This document shows, in pieces, positions 12,593 to 24,883 of a DNA stretch of 38,682 nt. Numbering within the stretch: the stretch's first letter is position 1; every line of letters begins with the position of its first letter. The stretch comes from Hyphochytrium catenoides (taxonomy: Eukaryota; Protista; Hyphochytriomycota): NCBI GenBank assembly GCA_900088475.1, contig FLMG01003090.1, positions 1 to 38,682 of the forward strand, read 5' to 3'. The notes beneath the pieces were generated by a model. The model did no database searches, was not told the origin of the DNA, and worked only from the letters and a program-made list of their open reading frames with translations. The position numbers and the translations under genes are program-made.

Positions 12593-13410
12593 GGCGTGGA
12601 TAGAAGATAGATGTCTTTAGAAGAGGAAAGGAAAGAGCTTGCCGTGGGCAGGAGCGGTCCGTCGCCTAAGAAGAATGGCCTTGGACATCCACGCTACATC
12701 GACTGAAAGAGCATTGAGACTGTGAGGCAAGAAAGAGAGGAGGAGGAGTAGAAAGCTGAAGCTGTCTAGCTGTCTCAGTGCCGCGAATGTATCTATTTGA
12801 CATGGGTCTAGAGAGAAAGCGGTGACCTTGTATATCATTAGCAGTGAGAGATAAGCTAAGACTGGAAGGGAAAGAGGATGATAGGGTAGGTCTGCCAAGC
12901 GCTAGTCTCAATGAAAGAACTAACTGAGAAGATGGAGCTAGCGGTAGCGAGATACATTGTTTCTCTGCGATTGATTCAAGGGACAGTTTGCCGTTGACAG
13001 CCAGAGTGCCAACAGCCGTCAAGAGGGAGGCGCAAGGGTTTGCTACAGGAGCCAGTAGAAGGAAGCGAAGGCTCCCATCATAGCGAATGGAAACCAGAAC
13101 CAGAAGGAATGGCAGGGACGATTGAACACAAAGAAAGAGAGAGAGAGACCCACACACAGAAACAGACGGAGGGAGACGTAGAAAGAGAAAGAGAGAGAAA
13201 GAGGGCGCAATGCATGAGTTATCCTGGTCCAAGCCCTAACGTGGATAACACGAGCAGCAGCAGAATGGGAGGTGTTCCTGCTTTCTGACTCCTCACACGC
13301 CTTCCCTATCATTGGTTCGTCTCGACTTTCAGATTGTCCCGCGCTATTGGATGCTGAAGCTTCCAAAGCTTTCCGCAGATTCCAAAGCTTTCCCGGAGAT
13401 TTTTATAGCA

Positions 13411-16400
13411 ATGATGGGAACCGATGAAGCTCTGTATATTTGGCTTGGAAGCAGCGGCCGTAGTCCGATGTTAGCTTAGTTATGCACGAACTACGCGTTT
13501 TCGGAGGGTGATTCTGATGTCTGCTGATCTCCAGTTGAAGCTTCAGATTCCTTGTTCTGCATCCTCAGCTCTCATCGTCAACGGCGATAACGGATGTCTA
13601 TTGGAGACTGAGGGAGGAGGGATTTGGCTGCCTTCCCGTCTGTCTCCATTCAGAGGTGCCTGCCTCCTGCATGCTTCAGAAGGCTAAGAGGCAGTATACG
13701 TCCTGGATAGCAGCGCGCGTTTTGGATGTAAAGAAACACCACATCGGTCCTTACTATGTACTAGGGCCTGCTCAGCTTCTCACACCCGTAGCGCATGTCT
13801 GGATCCTAGAAGGCTCGCTGAACTCAGCAGAAACGATAGAAGGAAGAGACACAAAGAAGTGCTACTATATCATGGTGGACAGTGTCCCAAACCCTTCATC
13901 CGAAGCTGATGAGGACGATCGCACCGAGGATGACGAGCCAGAGGACGTCCATGAACAAGATGATGAAGACGAAGAGTTCCTTTCCACATCAGATCTTCCA
14001 ACACCGCCGCAGGAGGTTCCAGACCGCGATCCACTTAGAATCAGTGAGAGCTCCCCTTTCAGTGTCAACAGTGCTAGACTCTATGCGTTCAACGTTCCCT
14101 TGCAACTTGAGCTCTCTGAGAGACCTCGACCAGGCTTTCCCCGCCTGCGAAGGGAATCTACTATTCAAGAATCTGCAAAGAGCGACCGATGTGCCAACTG
14201 TTTGCGCACCTTCAACCCGCTAAACAGGGCACAGAATTGTATGTCCCGGCTTCTAGTCAATCCTCCTCTCCGATCCTCCACTTCGTTCTAAGTCTAGTCG
14301 CCATCGCTTGTGGGTAGCGTCAGCGTCCGAGCTCCTCTATACCTTCCTCTTGCTTTATCTTTCCCTGTTACCTGGTTCTATGTTCCTTTCTCCCGCCTCA
14401 CTCTCTTACTTTCTTTGCTTTCTCTCTCGCTGTCTTTGCACTCTCGCCCTCCTCTCTCTATTTATCTCTTTCTTGCTTTCTTTCCCTGGCTCTATCTTCT
14501 TTCTCTGGATATCTTTGTCTACATATTCTGTCTCCTGGCAGGCAGTACGTGCAGCCACTTTTTCTGTCGGAGATGTACTTCTCCATGGCCCTCAGCTCCT
14601 TCCTTGGAAGCTAAACCTCTCCCAGCACCTTCTGGGAGCAGCATCTGCATTCTCTGTCAGGCTTGGATCTCAGGCCTTCTCGGTCAAGTCTTGAATAACT
14701 TGCCAGTCCAAACAACGGAGAGAGAATCCTCCACCGTAGAAGAGGAGGAGAAGGTATCACCAGTCATGTTCTCCAGGTTTCATCGCTTGCTATGGCCCTT
14801 GCCCCGCAGTCGCTTCCCTTTTCTGTGTGCCCTCACGAGCAGCCCAATGCGCCTCTTAGCTCTTAACGCTTCAACCCTCAGGTGCCAGAAGACTTCCAAA
14901 CCCCACTCCAGTTTGGCTCGCCGCTAGTTGAGAGAGGATCGTTAGACAGGAACTATTTGGAGAAAGGATGGAAGGTGAGCGACACAAAGGCTGCAGAATG
15001 CAGGCAAAGCGAGAAAATGCAGAAGAAGGCTCTCTACTCTCGCCGGGAGCAGCAACAGAAAAGAGGAACGGTCGAAATGCTGGAAGGTGAGGTCCTGTCA
15101 ACGTCCACCTGGAAAAGTTCTACTAAAATTGTCTTACTTACCAGCTGCATCAGGCGCTCCTACTCGGGCAATTTCTGATGGTAAGTCCAATGGTAGGGGC
15201 AGAGGATAAAGGGAGACACGGCGCTTTCATGAAAGATGTTGTCAGGGGAGCGACAGAGAGAGAAAGAGTCACAGAGAGACAGAGAGACAGAGAGATTATA
15301 TAAGAGGAAAAGAGACAGAAAGGTTGAGGGAGTTAGCTGAAGCGCTTCCGATCTGACCGTATCTATGTTGATTAGACGCTTCCCAGACTATGGAGGATGA
15401 TAGTCTCCAGTAAGGACCTCGCGTTTGCCTTGCTCATACAGCTCTCTGTCATAGTGACGCAGTCCATTTCTTACTTGAGTATCCTTCCTGCAACGAAGAC
15501 TAAGCTTTTCTGCGCTCCGCATCCTCAGCCTTCTGATCTCTTTAGGCCAACTAATTGACAAACGTTGTGCTCTTTGTCTCTTGTTGCCCCCAGGTTTGTG
15601 GTCACGAAGGTGAACCTTCTTAGGGTCAAGCTGGGACTGAGAAGGAAAGGGCTTCACCATCGCTACCTCCTTACCCTCAGCGGACGAGGAGGGGAGATTG
15701 AGGCCCGTGCTCTCTTTAAGCATAGAAGGATGACATTTAAGTCTCAGGACATAGAAAGAATGAGAGAAGTTGGCAACGCAGAAGAGGCAGTTCTAGAGCT
15801 TGCCTTTGCTTCAGGTAACAAGCTCACTAGATAAAACCTCTACTGCTCTCTTGAATTCGCCGCATACTCAGGTCATATCATTCTACGATGCCACCTTTCA
15901 CCTCCATAACCGCTTGGTACATCGTCCGCCTTCCTCTTATTAGCCTATCTAACTGTTGTTTGCGTTTGTTTAGGTGTAAGGAGCCATCGGTTCGCCTTTC
16001 AGTTCCATACTGCACATGAGCTAAGGGAGTTTATGGAAGCTGTGGGCACCAACAGACAGGATCAAGGAAATGCAGTGCTTAGAAGAGGTAGAGGCGCTCA
16101 GGATGTCTCTGTAGAAGCGGTGCAGCACCTCCGCACACGGCCGTTTTACTCATACCTGCCTTCTTCCTAAGCTCACTCATGGTTTTATTTCTTTTGCTTC
16201 CCTTAAATAAACCTGACTCTCGCTCATGGCTCTTCTCTTTGCATCGCCTGCTTTTCTATGGCAGGCTCTGTGGAAACTACCAGTAGCCGTGGCGGGATCA
16301 TCTGGGTGGTCACTTCGTTATCAGGGTACGTCCCCAACCTAAAAGTATCCGTCTCTGCTCTTTCCGTCTAGAGGCTTCCAGCCTGCAGGCATACCTTCTT

Positions 16401-19400
16401 TGATATATGGTCTGATTCTTCTTGGTTCCTTAGACGGCGTGTTGAGCTTGGAGCTGAAAGCCCTGGTAAGGCGCAACTCTTTACCTAACTACCCCTATCG
16501 GTCTAGCTCTTTGTTCTCTGTTTCCCTCCGCGTTAGCTCATATTGTGCCGTTACGTTAAGATGACAATTTAAGAGCTCGATGTTCAAGTCATAGGCGAGA
16601 CTGAAATACAGGGTAATGGAAGAACAGAAAGAGCACTATCGGCCCCACCGCATCTGTCTTCCTCGCCTCCTTCTGCTTCCTCGCTCGTCATACCGAGTCT
16701 GGCTACCTCTTTTCGCTCTCTGCGGCTAGAATTGTCTCTTCTTCCAGGAGAGGAGCAGGTCTCAGCTCCATGGGTGGTCTGGCTGGCGTATGGATCTGAC
16801 AGCAATGCGGTAAGACGAAACGCTGACCCGAAGTCTTTCCTTTCTCATTTCTGACTGCCTCATAACCTGTCTCTGTCTCTGCAAGCTGTGGAACATGATT
16901 GAGGGACATTTGGTTCTGACGAATTATAGAGTGATGTTCCTTCGCCTTCACTCCACATCCTCGACCCGCAATCTTTTCTCACCGTCACTGGGGTCGCCGT
17001 CTTCGTCGACGCTGTGCGGTGGGACCTCAAGGGACGCATCTGTACCCTTCAAAGGAGACAGGGAGAATGCAAACGGGCAACATTCGGCATCGTCCTTCTG
17101 CTATTCCATGTCACATTTTGCGGTCAGCAGTGTCACCTTAGAGGAGGAAGTGGCCGGAAGTGGGAGGGACACTCCCTCCATAACGATCACAGCCAAAGAT
17201 GCTCGGTGAGCAAATAGCTTTCGTATCCTTTTCCTTCTTCGTTTTCTGGCTTTTCGAACAACTCTTCACCGTTACTAGGGACAAGTACGGTCGAAACTAA
17301 CGTTCCCTTCTCAACCTCTAGAATGGTCAGATTAAGGCTCCGCCGCTATCGATCAGAAAGAAAGGAGGAGGCAACACGGCACCTTTTCAGTCTTCTCTTC
17401 TATCTCTCTTACCTGAGCCAGCAACCCGAAGATAGATCCAGAGCTCCCGATGCTTCTTGCGACAAGGCTCTTGCAGGAATATTGCATCATTATCCTGTTC
17501 CGCAGGTAGTTTATGACGGTCAATTTACTCTGACGTGCTTTCTTGATAGCCAATCGGTTTATAATCACTCCCCGTAAGATATTCTTTGCTAAATTTTGAG
17601 AGGACGGCCACCAGTGTATATGCCACACAAGAGACAAAGAGAAAGAACAGTAGCGTCAAGGAGCCAACAGCTCCTTGCGGTGGCCTATCTTGCTTTTGGG
17701 AAGATAGTGGGAAGAGTAAACATACCGGTTCGACGGATAGAAGTTTCTTACTCAGCTTTTGATAGGAAAACTTCGGTCCATTTGCCTTCCTATTTGCTCT
17801 TCCATCGCCTCCGCCTCCAGCTTGTGATGGCTGGGATCTCTTAGGTTTGCATCGAGAGTTTCAGCGGCTGGCCTTACTGTCTACTGGCCAGGAGATAGGA
17901 GACCAGGAGGGTTGGCAGGTACGCATGCAGCTTGTTTCAAAGCTTCTTTTGTTCAAAGGTGGAACAGGTCGCTTCTATTCATGGCAACACGCTTATGTTA
18001 GTCCTTACCTTTCGTCCCGCGTTTCCTTATTAATAGACCCACAATCGCATCTTGTCTTTCTTTGCCCGCTCTCTCTTCCGCTATCACCTGTCTTTCGAAC
18101 GCCATGATATAGCTAGTGGACAACGAGAGAGAACAGATATGCCGGTCGTATCCCAGCCACTTTCTGGTGCCAGCAGGCCTGACTTTGGAGGAGGTGAAGT
18201 CTATTGCGGCCTTTAGAGCAAAGAACCGACTCCCTACTCCAACCTGGAGGGCAGAGGGAGAGGGAGGGACCAAGGGAGGACGGAGATTGGGTGCTCTACT
18301 TCTTCGCTCTTCTCAGCCCCTGCTAGGTAGATTTTTGGCACAAAGCTGTGAGGAAGACAAGAGATTGCTTGATTTCTGCAGAGTCTATCATCAGGACAAG
18401 GTGAGATGGGGAAGGGACAGGCTACTAGCATGCACAATCATGATCTCCGGGCAGGTGTCTTCTTGGCTTGGCAGTGCAAGCTCTGTTTTGTCTAAATTCT
18501 CTCAGTATGCTGCTCTCGCTCCCTCCTCTCTCTTTCTTTGCTCTCTCTCGCTTGCAACCTGCCCTTTTTCAACGACGACCAAGTCTGGCAGCGCCTCAAG
18601 GCCCCTGTACATATTTGATGCGCGTAAGGCCCAGAGCTCAACTGGGAACAGGCTCATGGGCAAGGGCGGAGTAGAAGCTCCCCAAGACTATGGTGCTGTG
18701 GTTGTGCACCATCTTAATATTGGGAACATTTACACGATGCAGGAGTCGTACCAAGGTCTGTCTACTTTAGAACCATCGCCTTCTCTCCGGTGGCCCAAAC
18801 CCTATGATGGGGTTACTCTTCTCTCTCGTGCCGAAAGGCATTCTTTACTTCACCGTTGCGATGGCTGGTTCACTGGTGCTCTGCTGCCGAGGTCTTGTAC
18901 TGTTGCTGATAATTGTTTTCTCAGCTATGCTGAAGCTGGTGATGCGCGTTGACATTGATAGCAAAGGCTGGATGTCGTCTCTCGCGGTAAGTAGCGCTGT
19001 TTCCCTCCAAACGCCTGGATCTTCGACATGCTTACCTTGGTGTTCTCTTGTCCATTGCTGTTCCCGCCTGTGATGGGTGCCATTCTCCTTCTGTCCCTGG
19101 ACGTTATCATTCTACCAAGAGCACGAAATGGCTGCACCATCTCGAGAAGCTCCTCATATCAGCGGTTGTGGTGGCAAAAGTTCTAGCCTTGGAGTCTTCC
19201 TCCGTGCTTGTACACTGCTCGGATGGCTGGGATCGGACCACACAGATCTGCAGCCTCACACAGCTGCTGCTGGATCCGTATTATAGGTGACGTACACGGT
19301 GTTGCATTTAAGCTAACAAGCTGGAAAACGGAGCATTGAAGTTGATCTAGAAGAAGAGGTTATAGCCAGAACTGAAGGGACATTAACTTGAGACTTTCAG

Positions 19401-20725
19401 AACTTTCCGTATTGACGTCTCTATCGGTCGCTAGTTTTTGTGTGTCAGTATGTGGCTAGCATCTACTGCCTGGCTTATACCGTGCTGCACAGGACTATCA
19501 AGGGCTTTGCAGTTCTAGTGGAGAAGGAATGGTGCCAGTTTGGTCATAAGGTATGAGCGCATAGGCGTCCCCTGTGTCCTCATCTTACCGCTGGAGCCCT
19601 CTTTGTTGCCAGTTCTGTGAGCGCCTGAACGGTGATAGGACGAAGGATCCTCAAGGTGTCAGGTTCTCACCAATATTTCTTCAGTTTATCGAGATCACTT
19701 GGCAGTTGACCAACCAGTTTGTCACGGTATGCTACACTTTGACATTATATCGTTTACTTCCTTGCTTTTAGCTGGGTTATTTCCCCCTTCCATCTCTCTC
19801 TCTCTGTACACTTCTCTTTCTCTTCCTCTGTCTTTCTTGCTGGCGCTCTCGTTTACTTCAACTCTCCTGAGTGTTCAATCGCAGACGGTTACTTCGCTCA
19901 TTTTCGGTGGCACAAACCTGTTTCTCACTCACAGCTCTTCTTGCCTGACTGACCTCGTGTCCTTCACGCCCTCAGGCGTTTGAGTTCAATGAATGTTTCC
20001 TCTTGCATCTGGCGAACTCTCTCACGTCGGGACTCTTTGGGACTTTTCTTTTTAACGACGAGACGGAGAGGGCGCGGCTACAGCTGAAGAAGAGAACGGT
20101 AACGAGAGGGTTAACAGAGTTCTCATTGGCCTCCCTCTCGCGACGCTTTTGTGTAGACAATTTTGCACGCTTCCTCCCCATTATAAAGATTCTTGCACCC
20201 ACTTTCTCTGGAGGAAAGGGTACGACTGACTGACTGCAAGGACTTTCTCGCCATCGATTCTTAGGTCTCAGTATGGACCCCTGTCCTTTGCGATCTCTCC
20301 CGGTACACAAATCCCAGGTACGGAGGTGGATAGAGGGGACTGTCGCCGATGGCTAATGAAGAAGGCTAACAGAGATGGGAATCGGAGATGAAGAGGTTAC
20401 GCACAGGTGATGATATCTATGAGGGGGGAAAGTGAGGACGAAAGAAAGAGCGAGAAAATCCTGAAGAAGGAGATAACAATGGAGGTTAGAGATAGAGAGT
20501 ATCTCATAGGCTACTGCTGCGCTCTCACTCCCATTTGCTCCCAATTATCTTACTGACAGCTACAAGGAGGTGCAAGACCCGCTGTGGCCCTGGTGCAGCC
20601 CGGCGATGTTTCGTTTGTGGGAGGCTTACTGGCTGCAGTACCATCCGCGATACCCCCGGAATGTAAGAGGGATAGAAGAGGAGCTACTGCGCTGCAGGAA
20701 AACGCAACCTGGAGAGGACTCATGA
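13411..20725 (+). CDS. Myotubularin-family phosphoinositide 3-phosphatase, catalytically intact, with N-terminal Claw-like, FYVE-like, PH-like and PH-GRAM domains; more than 20 exons
   Basis: PH-GRAM motifs LLPGEEQV and IEGHLVLTNYRVMF. Phosphatase motifs ICRSYP, AAFRAKNRLP, LLRSSQPL, YIFDAR, NIGNIYTMQES, VLVHCSDGWDRT (active site), [47 protein letters not shown] and TVSVWT. Stop is TGA at 20723-20725. The first exon and start are uncertain. Confidence 0.93.
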
Positions 20726-21048
20726 TACTGCGTCTTCTGCGGCGGTAAGGGGCTGAATATGAGAGCACGCAGAGTCAGAGTTGTGCCAGTGAAGCTGCAA
20801 CGACCGCAGCGTGAGGCGTCAACCCAACACCACGACTGTCTAGCTCTCATATATTTTCTCCTCATTCGTATGACACTCGGGGAGAAGTGAAGGCCAATAA
20901 ATTAAATATAAGAGCTGGTGGACCCCTTAGAGCCTCTCACATTGCCCCTGCTGTCCCTCCGCTTTAATCTCTCATGCCCTAGACAAATAGCTTCGACTAG
21001 ATCTACTAGGCCGATGAGAAACCGACAGGTGCGGTTGCTTTGCCTTTC

Positions 21049-23914
21049 TTAGCTCTCGAAGTGATGGAAGGAGAAATTGCGCATAAGAACATCAACTTGA
21101 CAAAAAACCTATACACAGAGACAAGAGGGATCAGCCATGGCTGGGCCTAGAGGTAGACAGGGAAGAAGGAGGTGCTTACCTTTCCCGTGGCGATTGTTCT
21201 GATCTTGCAGCGGTCGGCCCAGGCAAGATTGTAGACAATCTCGTCTGTTACTAGCTCCTGGCTGCCTCCGATGTAGGCGACTGGTGACGGGGAAGAGTCA
21301 TACGAGCGAGAAAGAGTCAGACGTTGAGACGGAAGAGAGAGATACAGCTAGACACAGATATTAGGACCGTGCAAGTAAGGGGCTAGAAAATTGAGCATGC
21401 AAAGGCAAGACAAAGAGAGAAGGCAACGACGAAAGTCAAAGAACAGAAAGCTGGGAATGAAGGTTCCGCAGCAGGAATTCGAAGGGGAGCACGAGAGAAA
21501 CGAGCCTTCCTCTGCCGCAGACTCACTCTCCATCTCCTCCTTAGACGTCCCCAGCGGTCTCCACGTGCTGATCTCCAGCTCGAACATGCCCGCCCGGGCT
21601 GGAATGTGAGAGAACCCATAGCCTGCTAACTCACTGCGGCCCCAGCTATCTATGCGCCAGACCTCCACCTGCAGCCGAGGCCATCCCTGATAGGAGTGGC
21701 CAAGATAGAGATTGCAGAGGATAATGAAAGGCCAGCAATGTATGTGTGCATAAAACAGAGAGTTAAGAAAGGTGTGAAAACTGTTGGCGGACTGGTTTGA
21801 GGAGACGTAGAGAAAGAACTAGAGAGGAAGAGATAAGAAGGCGAGAGAGGCAAGGAGATGGATGCTAGATAGATAGATGGATAGGTGGAGAGAGAGACAG
21901 AGACAGAGGGAGCGAGGTCGTGAGAGAAACAAGAGGGTGAGAGAGGGGCTGGCTACCTGTATGGAGCTGGTGGTAAGATGAACATCGATTGGATGGCACC
22001 ACACGCTTTCCTCTCCCGGAGGTGGGAAGTCAGTCTGCGTGTGTCCCAGCTGTGCCCCACTAACCAATGACCATCCTCTCCCATAGTCAATGAACCACTT
22101 GCAGCTCACGCCTCTTCCTTTCTCTTCTCCTCTCTCTTCTAAGTGACCCATTGCTCCAAGGATCTGCCCTATGATGTGCAGCTCAGGCTGTGCCTCAGCG
22201 ATGACTTTACCGAAGATTGACGTGTTGGATGGCTTGGGAGGGCGGCGAAAGGGAGGTAGATTGGCTGGAACCATGGAGGCACAAAGACAGTTAGGGGTAC
22301 GACGGGGAAGAGAAGGAGAGCCAGAGAGAGAAGGAGAGACAGAGAGAGAATAAAAGCCACAAAAGCGCATGTATAAGCTAAGAAGATAGGAAGGCGGTAA
22401 GTTAAGAGCAATGAGCACACTCGGAGACAGAGAATGGCAGCCAGCCGCACTCTCCAAGGTGCAAACAGTAAAGGGAAGGCGGTAAGAAAAGAGAAAGGAC
22501 GACTGAGGACCCTCAGCAAAATGGGTAGTAAGATTGTATGAAGAGAGACGCTGCACCAAAAGGAGTGCCAGGGAAGCGACGTTGAGGGCGAGTAGCAAGA
22601 AGCAGTTGTGAAAAGAAAGAGAGTGGAAGAAAGAGGGGCCTGCTAGTGTGTGAGAGAGAAAGAACAGAGAAGAGAGCGAGAGAGAGAGAGGCGAAAGGGA
22701 GAGAAAGAGAGAAAAAGGAGAAGAGAAAGAGAGACAGAGAGGGGTCACAAGCTCTAGATGAACAAAACTCCTACCAACTTTAGCTGGGCCAGAGTCCTCG
22801 TAGTCCGATTCATCATCTGACGCGGCGTGAGAAGACTTTTGTTCCTGCGCCTTCTCTTGCTGCTCCGTCACTCCTGCTCTCTTCCCTTTCCCGGCCTCCT
22901 TCTTTGTACTCATTCTCTTAGGAGCACTCTTCTGGCCCTTTTCCTCGGGCCTCTGGGTCGTCTTAGATCTGCTGCCTTTCTCTTCTTCACTCTTCTCACC
23001 TTCTCCCCGCTCGCCTTCCCCTGTTCGAGTGGTTGAAGGAGGAGGAGCACTTTCATCGCCAGCTCCCACTTCTTCCCCGTCAACGTCTGAGGCTTCTGCA
23101 GCTTTTAAGGGCTTCTGACCGTTCTTCTCTCTCTTGGTCAATAGTGAGCTCTTCCTCGCTGCCTCTTCCGGGTCTTCTTCTGATGCGTCACTGTCTGCTT
23201 TCGTCTCTTCCTCATCTGCCCGCCTTCCAGTCTCACTCTTTCTCGCAGATGACTTTGCCGTTGGTTTGGTGTCTCTCTCTGTATCTTCTTCGCCCCCGCT
23301 TTCTTGTTTGCCTGAACTCTTTGTTCTTCCTGACTTTTGTCTGCTGGGCTTCATAGCTTTCTCCTCGTCCTCGCTGGCACTTTGTCAGGAGTAGAGAGGA
23401 GAGAGACGATTAGGGATAGATACAGAGCTCAGAGTCGAGGGGCGGGAGATTCACAGAGACAGGGAGAGAGGTGAAATAACAGAGGAGAGGCGGAAAAGGA
23501 GACACACAGGGAGCAGAAGAAAAGTAAAAACAGCTAAGGGCCCTCTCGGAAGAGAGAGAGAGAAAGAGAGGGGAGGAGTAGAGAGGAGAGAAACAGCGAA
23601 GGACGATGGATCGTGTGCGTACCTGCTAGCATCCGCACCCCTGGGGCGTGGTCTCCGAACCTTCGGATTCCTCCTACGGAACAGAAGATAGCGCAAGAGA
23701 GCGAGAGAAAGAATGAGACAAGAGACGGAAGGAAGAGAGCAAAGCAAGAAGAGAATGGGATTGGAAAGAGAGAAAACTAGGGCTGCAGAAACAGATAGAG
23801 GAATGCGGAGGTTCGGCTGTGCTGAACCTTAGTTGTAAGCGTCAGGAGCAAGGAGACTTACTTCCTTTCTTGAACTTCTCTATCGTGTTCCTCTGAGCTG
23901 TCATCCTTGGCCAT
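21049..23914 (-). CDS. B9D2: B9 domain-containing protein 2 (ciliary transition-zone MKS module) with a ~230-aa charged N-terminal extension; ~7 exons
   Basis: PELHIIGQILGA...VSCKW...GHTQTD...[44 protein letters not shown]...TWRPLG...AYIGGSQEL...GKVFCQVDVLMRNF follows the B9D2 pattern colinearly. Stop is TAA at 21049-21051. Confidence 0.9.
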
Positions 23915-24264
23915 GGTTTTGCAGCCTTCGTCTCTCTTTCTCAACTCTTTCTCTCTCTTGAGACCTCTACCACTTTCTCCTGAGGCCCTGGCACGTCTCT
24001 CACGACTGTCAGAGAGTCTGCTGCGCCTGTTCCTTACTATCGAGTATCACTTTCATGGCGTCGGCACTGGATGAGTCTATCGAAGGTTATCCCCGGTCTG
24101 CGCGACGGAAGGCTGAGAGTTCAACACTGACCGTGAGGTGGGACTCAATAGCTTCTAAGCGGGAAGGAGCTGACCGGTGGCGCTGAGATGTCCCCTGAAC
24201 CAGGACCTTCGCAGTCCTTAGCCAATGGCTTCTTTCCCGTTAATCTGGTCTACCTCTCCTCTCC

Positions 24265-24266
24265 TC

Positions 24267-24304
<38 letters not shown>

Positions 24305-24320
24305 TCTCTCTCTCTCTCTC
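24265..24320. repeat. (CT)n microsatellite in the B9D2/UVSSA divergent intergenic region
   Basis: Directly visible. Confidence 0.9.
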
Positions 24321-24883
24321 CCTGTCTCTCTTTCCCTATGGCTCTTCTCTTTCTCTTTTCTGCTCCCAACCTCTCTTTTCTTCCTCCGTCTGAGGCCCTC
24401 ACATTATCTTCCTCCGCTGCCTCTCTCAGAACGGGAATGTCCTTTCATTCCATCCGTTACCAGCTGTCAATAGTTATCACCCAGAGATAACTGCAAAAGT
24501 CAAGACACGGAAATAGCAGACACTGAAGTCTAGTTTAGAGTCCACGGACCAAATATAAGATTGCCGTGCGGTTTACTAATATAGTATAGCGTGCGTGGGT
24601 GGGACTCTAGAGCTTTGTTTATTGGAAGAACCGAAAGTGATAATATTGTATTACTTTCGGTCACAATAAACAGCAAAACCCAGAAAATCCAATAATCTCT
24701 GTGAAGAGTGAAGCATCTGCATCTTCTTTGGCTCTGTCTTTCTTCAGCTTCATGGGCACGATAGGTAGTGAGGTGAGGGACATGGAGACTCATGACGACT
24801 TGCATCGAAGGTACACGGTTGGCTAGGAAGGAAGAAACGAAGACAAGTGTAACAGAGGTCTGCGCGTCTTGACAAGAGATGAG

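Noticed and set aside
12666-13366. Overlapping ORFs in the spacer before the myotubularin gene
   Set aside because: They are driven by a GA-rich tract, have no motifs, and give no convincing splice chain.
1051-20725. Functional lipid-metabolism gene cluster (lipase, PECT, myotubularin)
   Set aside because: The three enzymes act in unrelated pathways and are interspersed with unrelated genes. Nothing in the sequence indicates co-regulation.
21819-23354. 511-aa ORF as a single membrane protein
   Set aside because: The hydrophobic L/S/F middle is read-through of a CT-rich intron between two B9D2 exons.
24530-24620. tRNA or Helitron 3' end
   Set aside because: There is no cloverleaf or TTC T-loop, and the CTAG motifs lack the adjacent GC hairpin and A/T insertion context expected of Helitrons.
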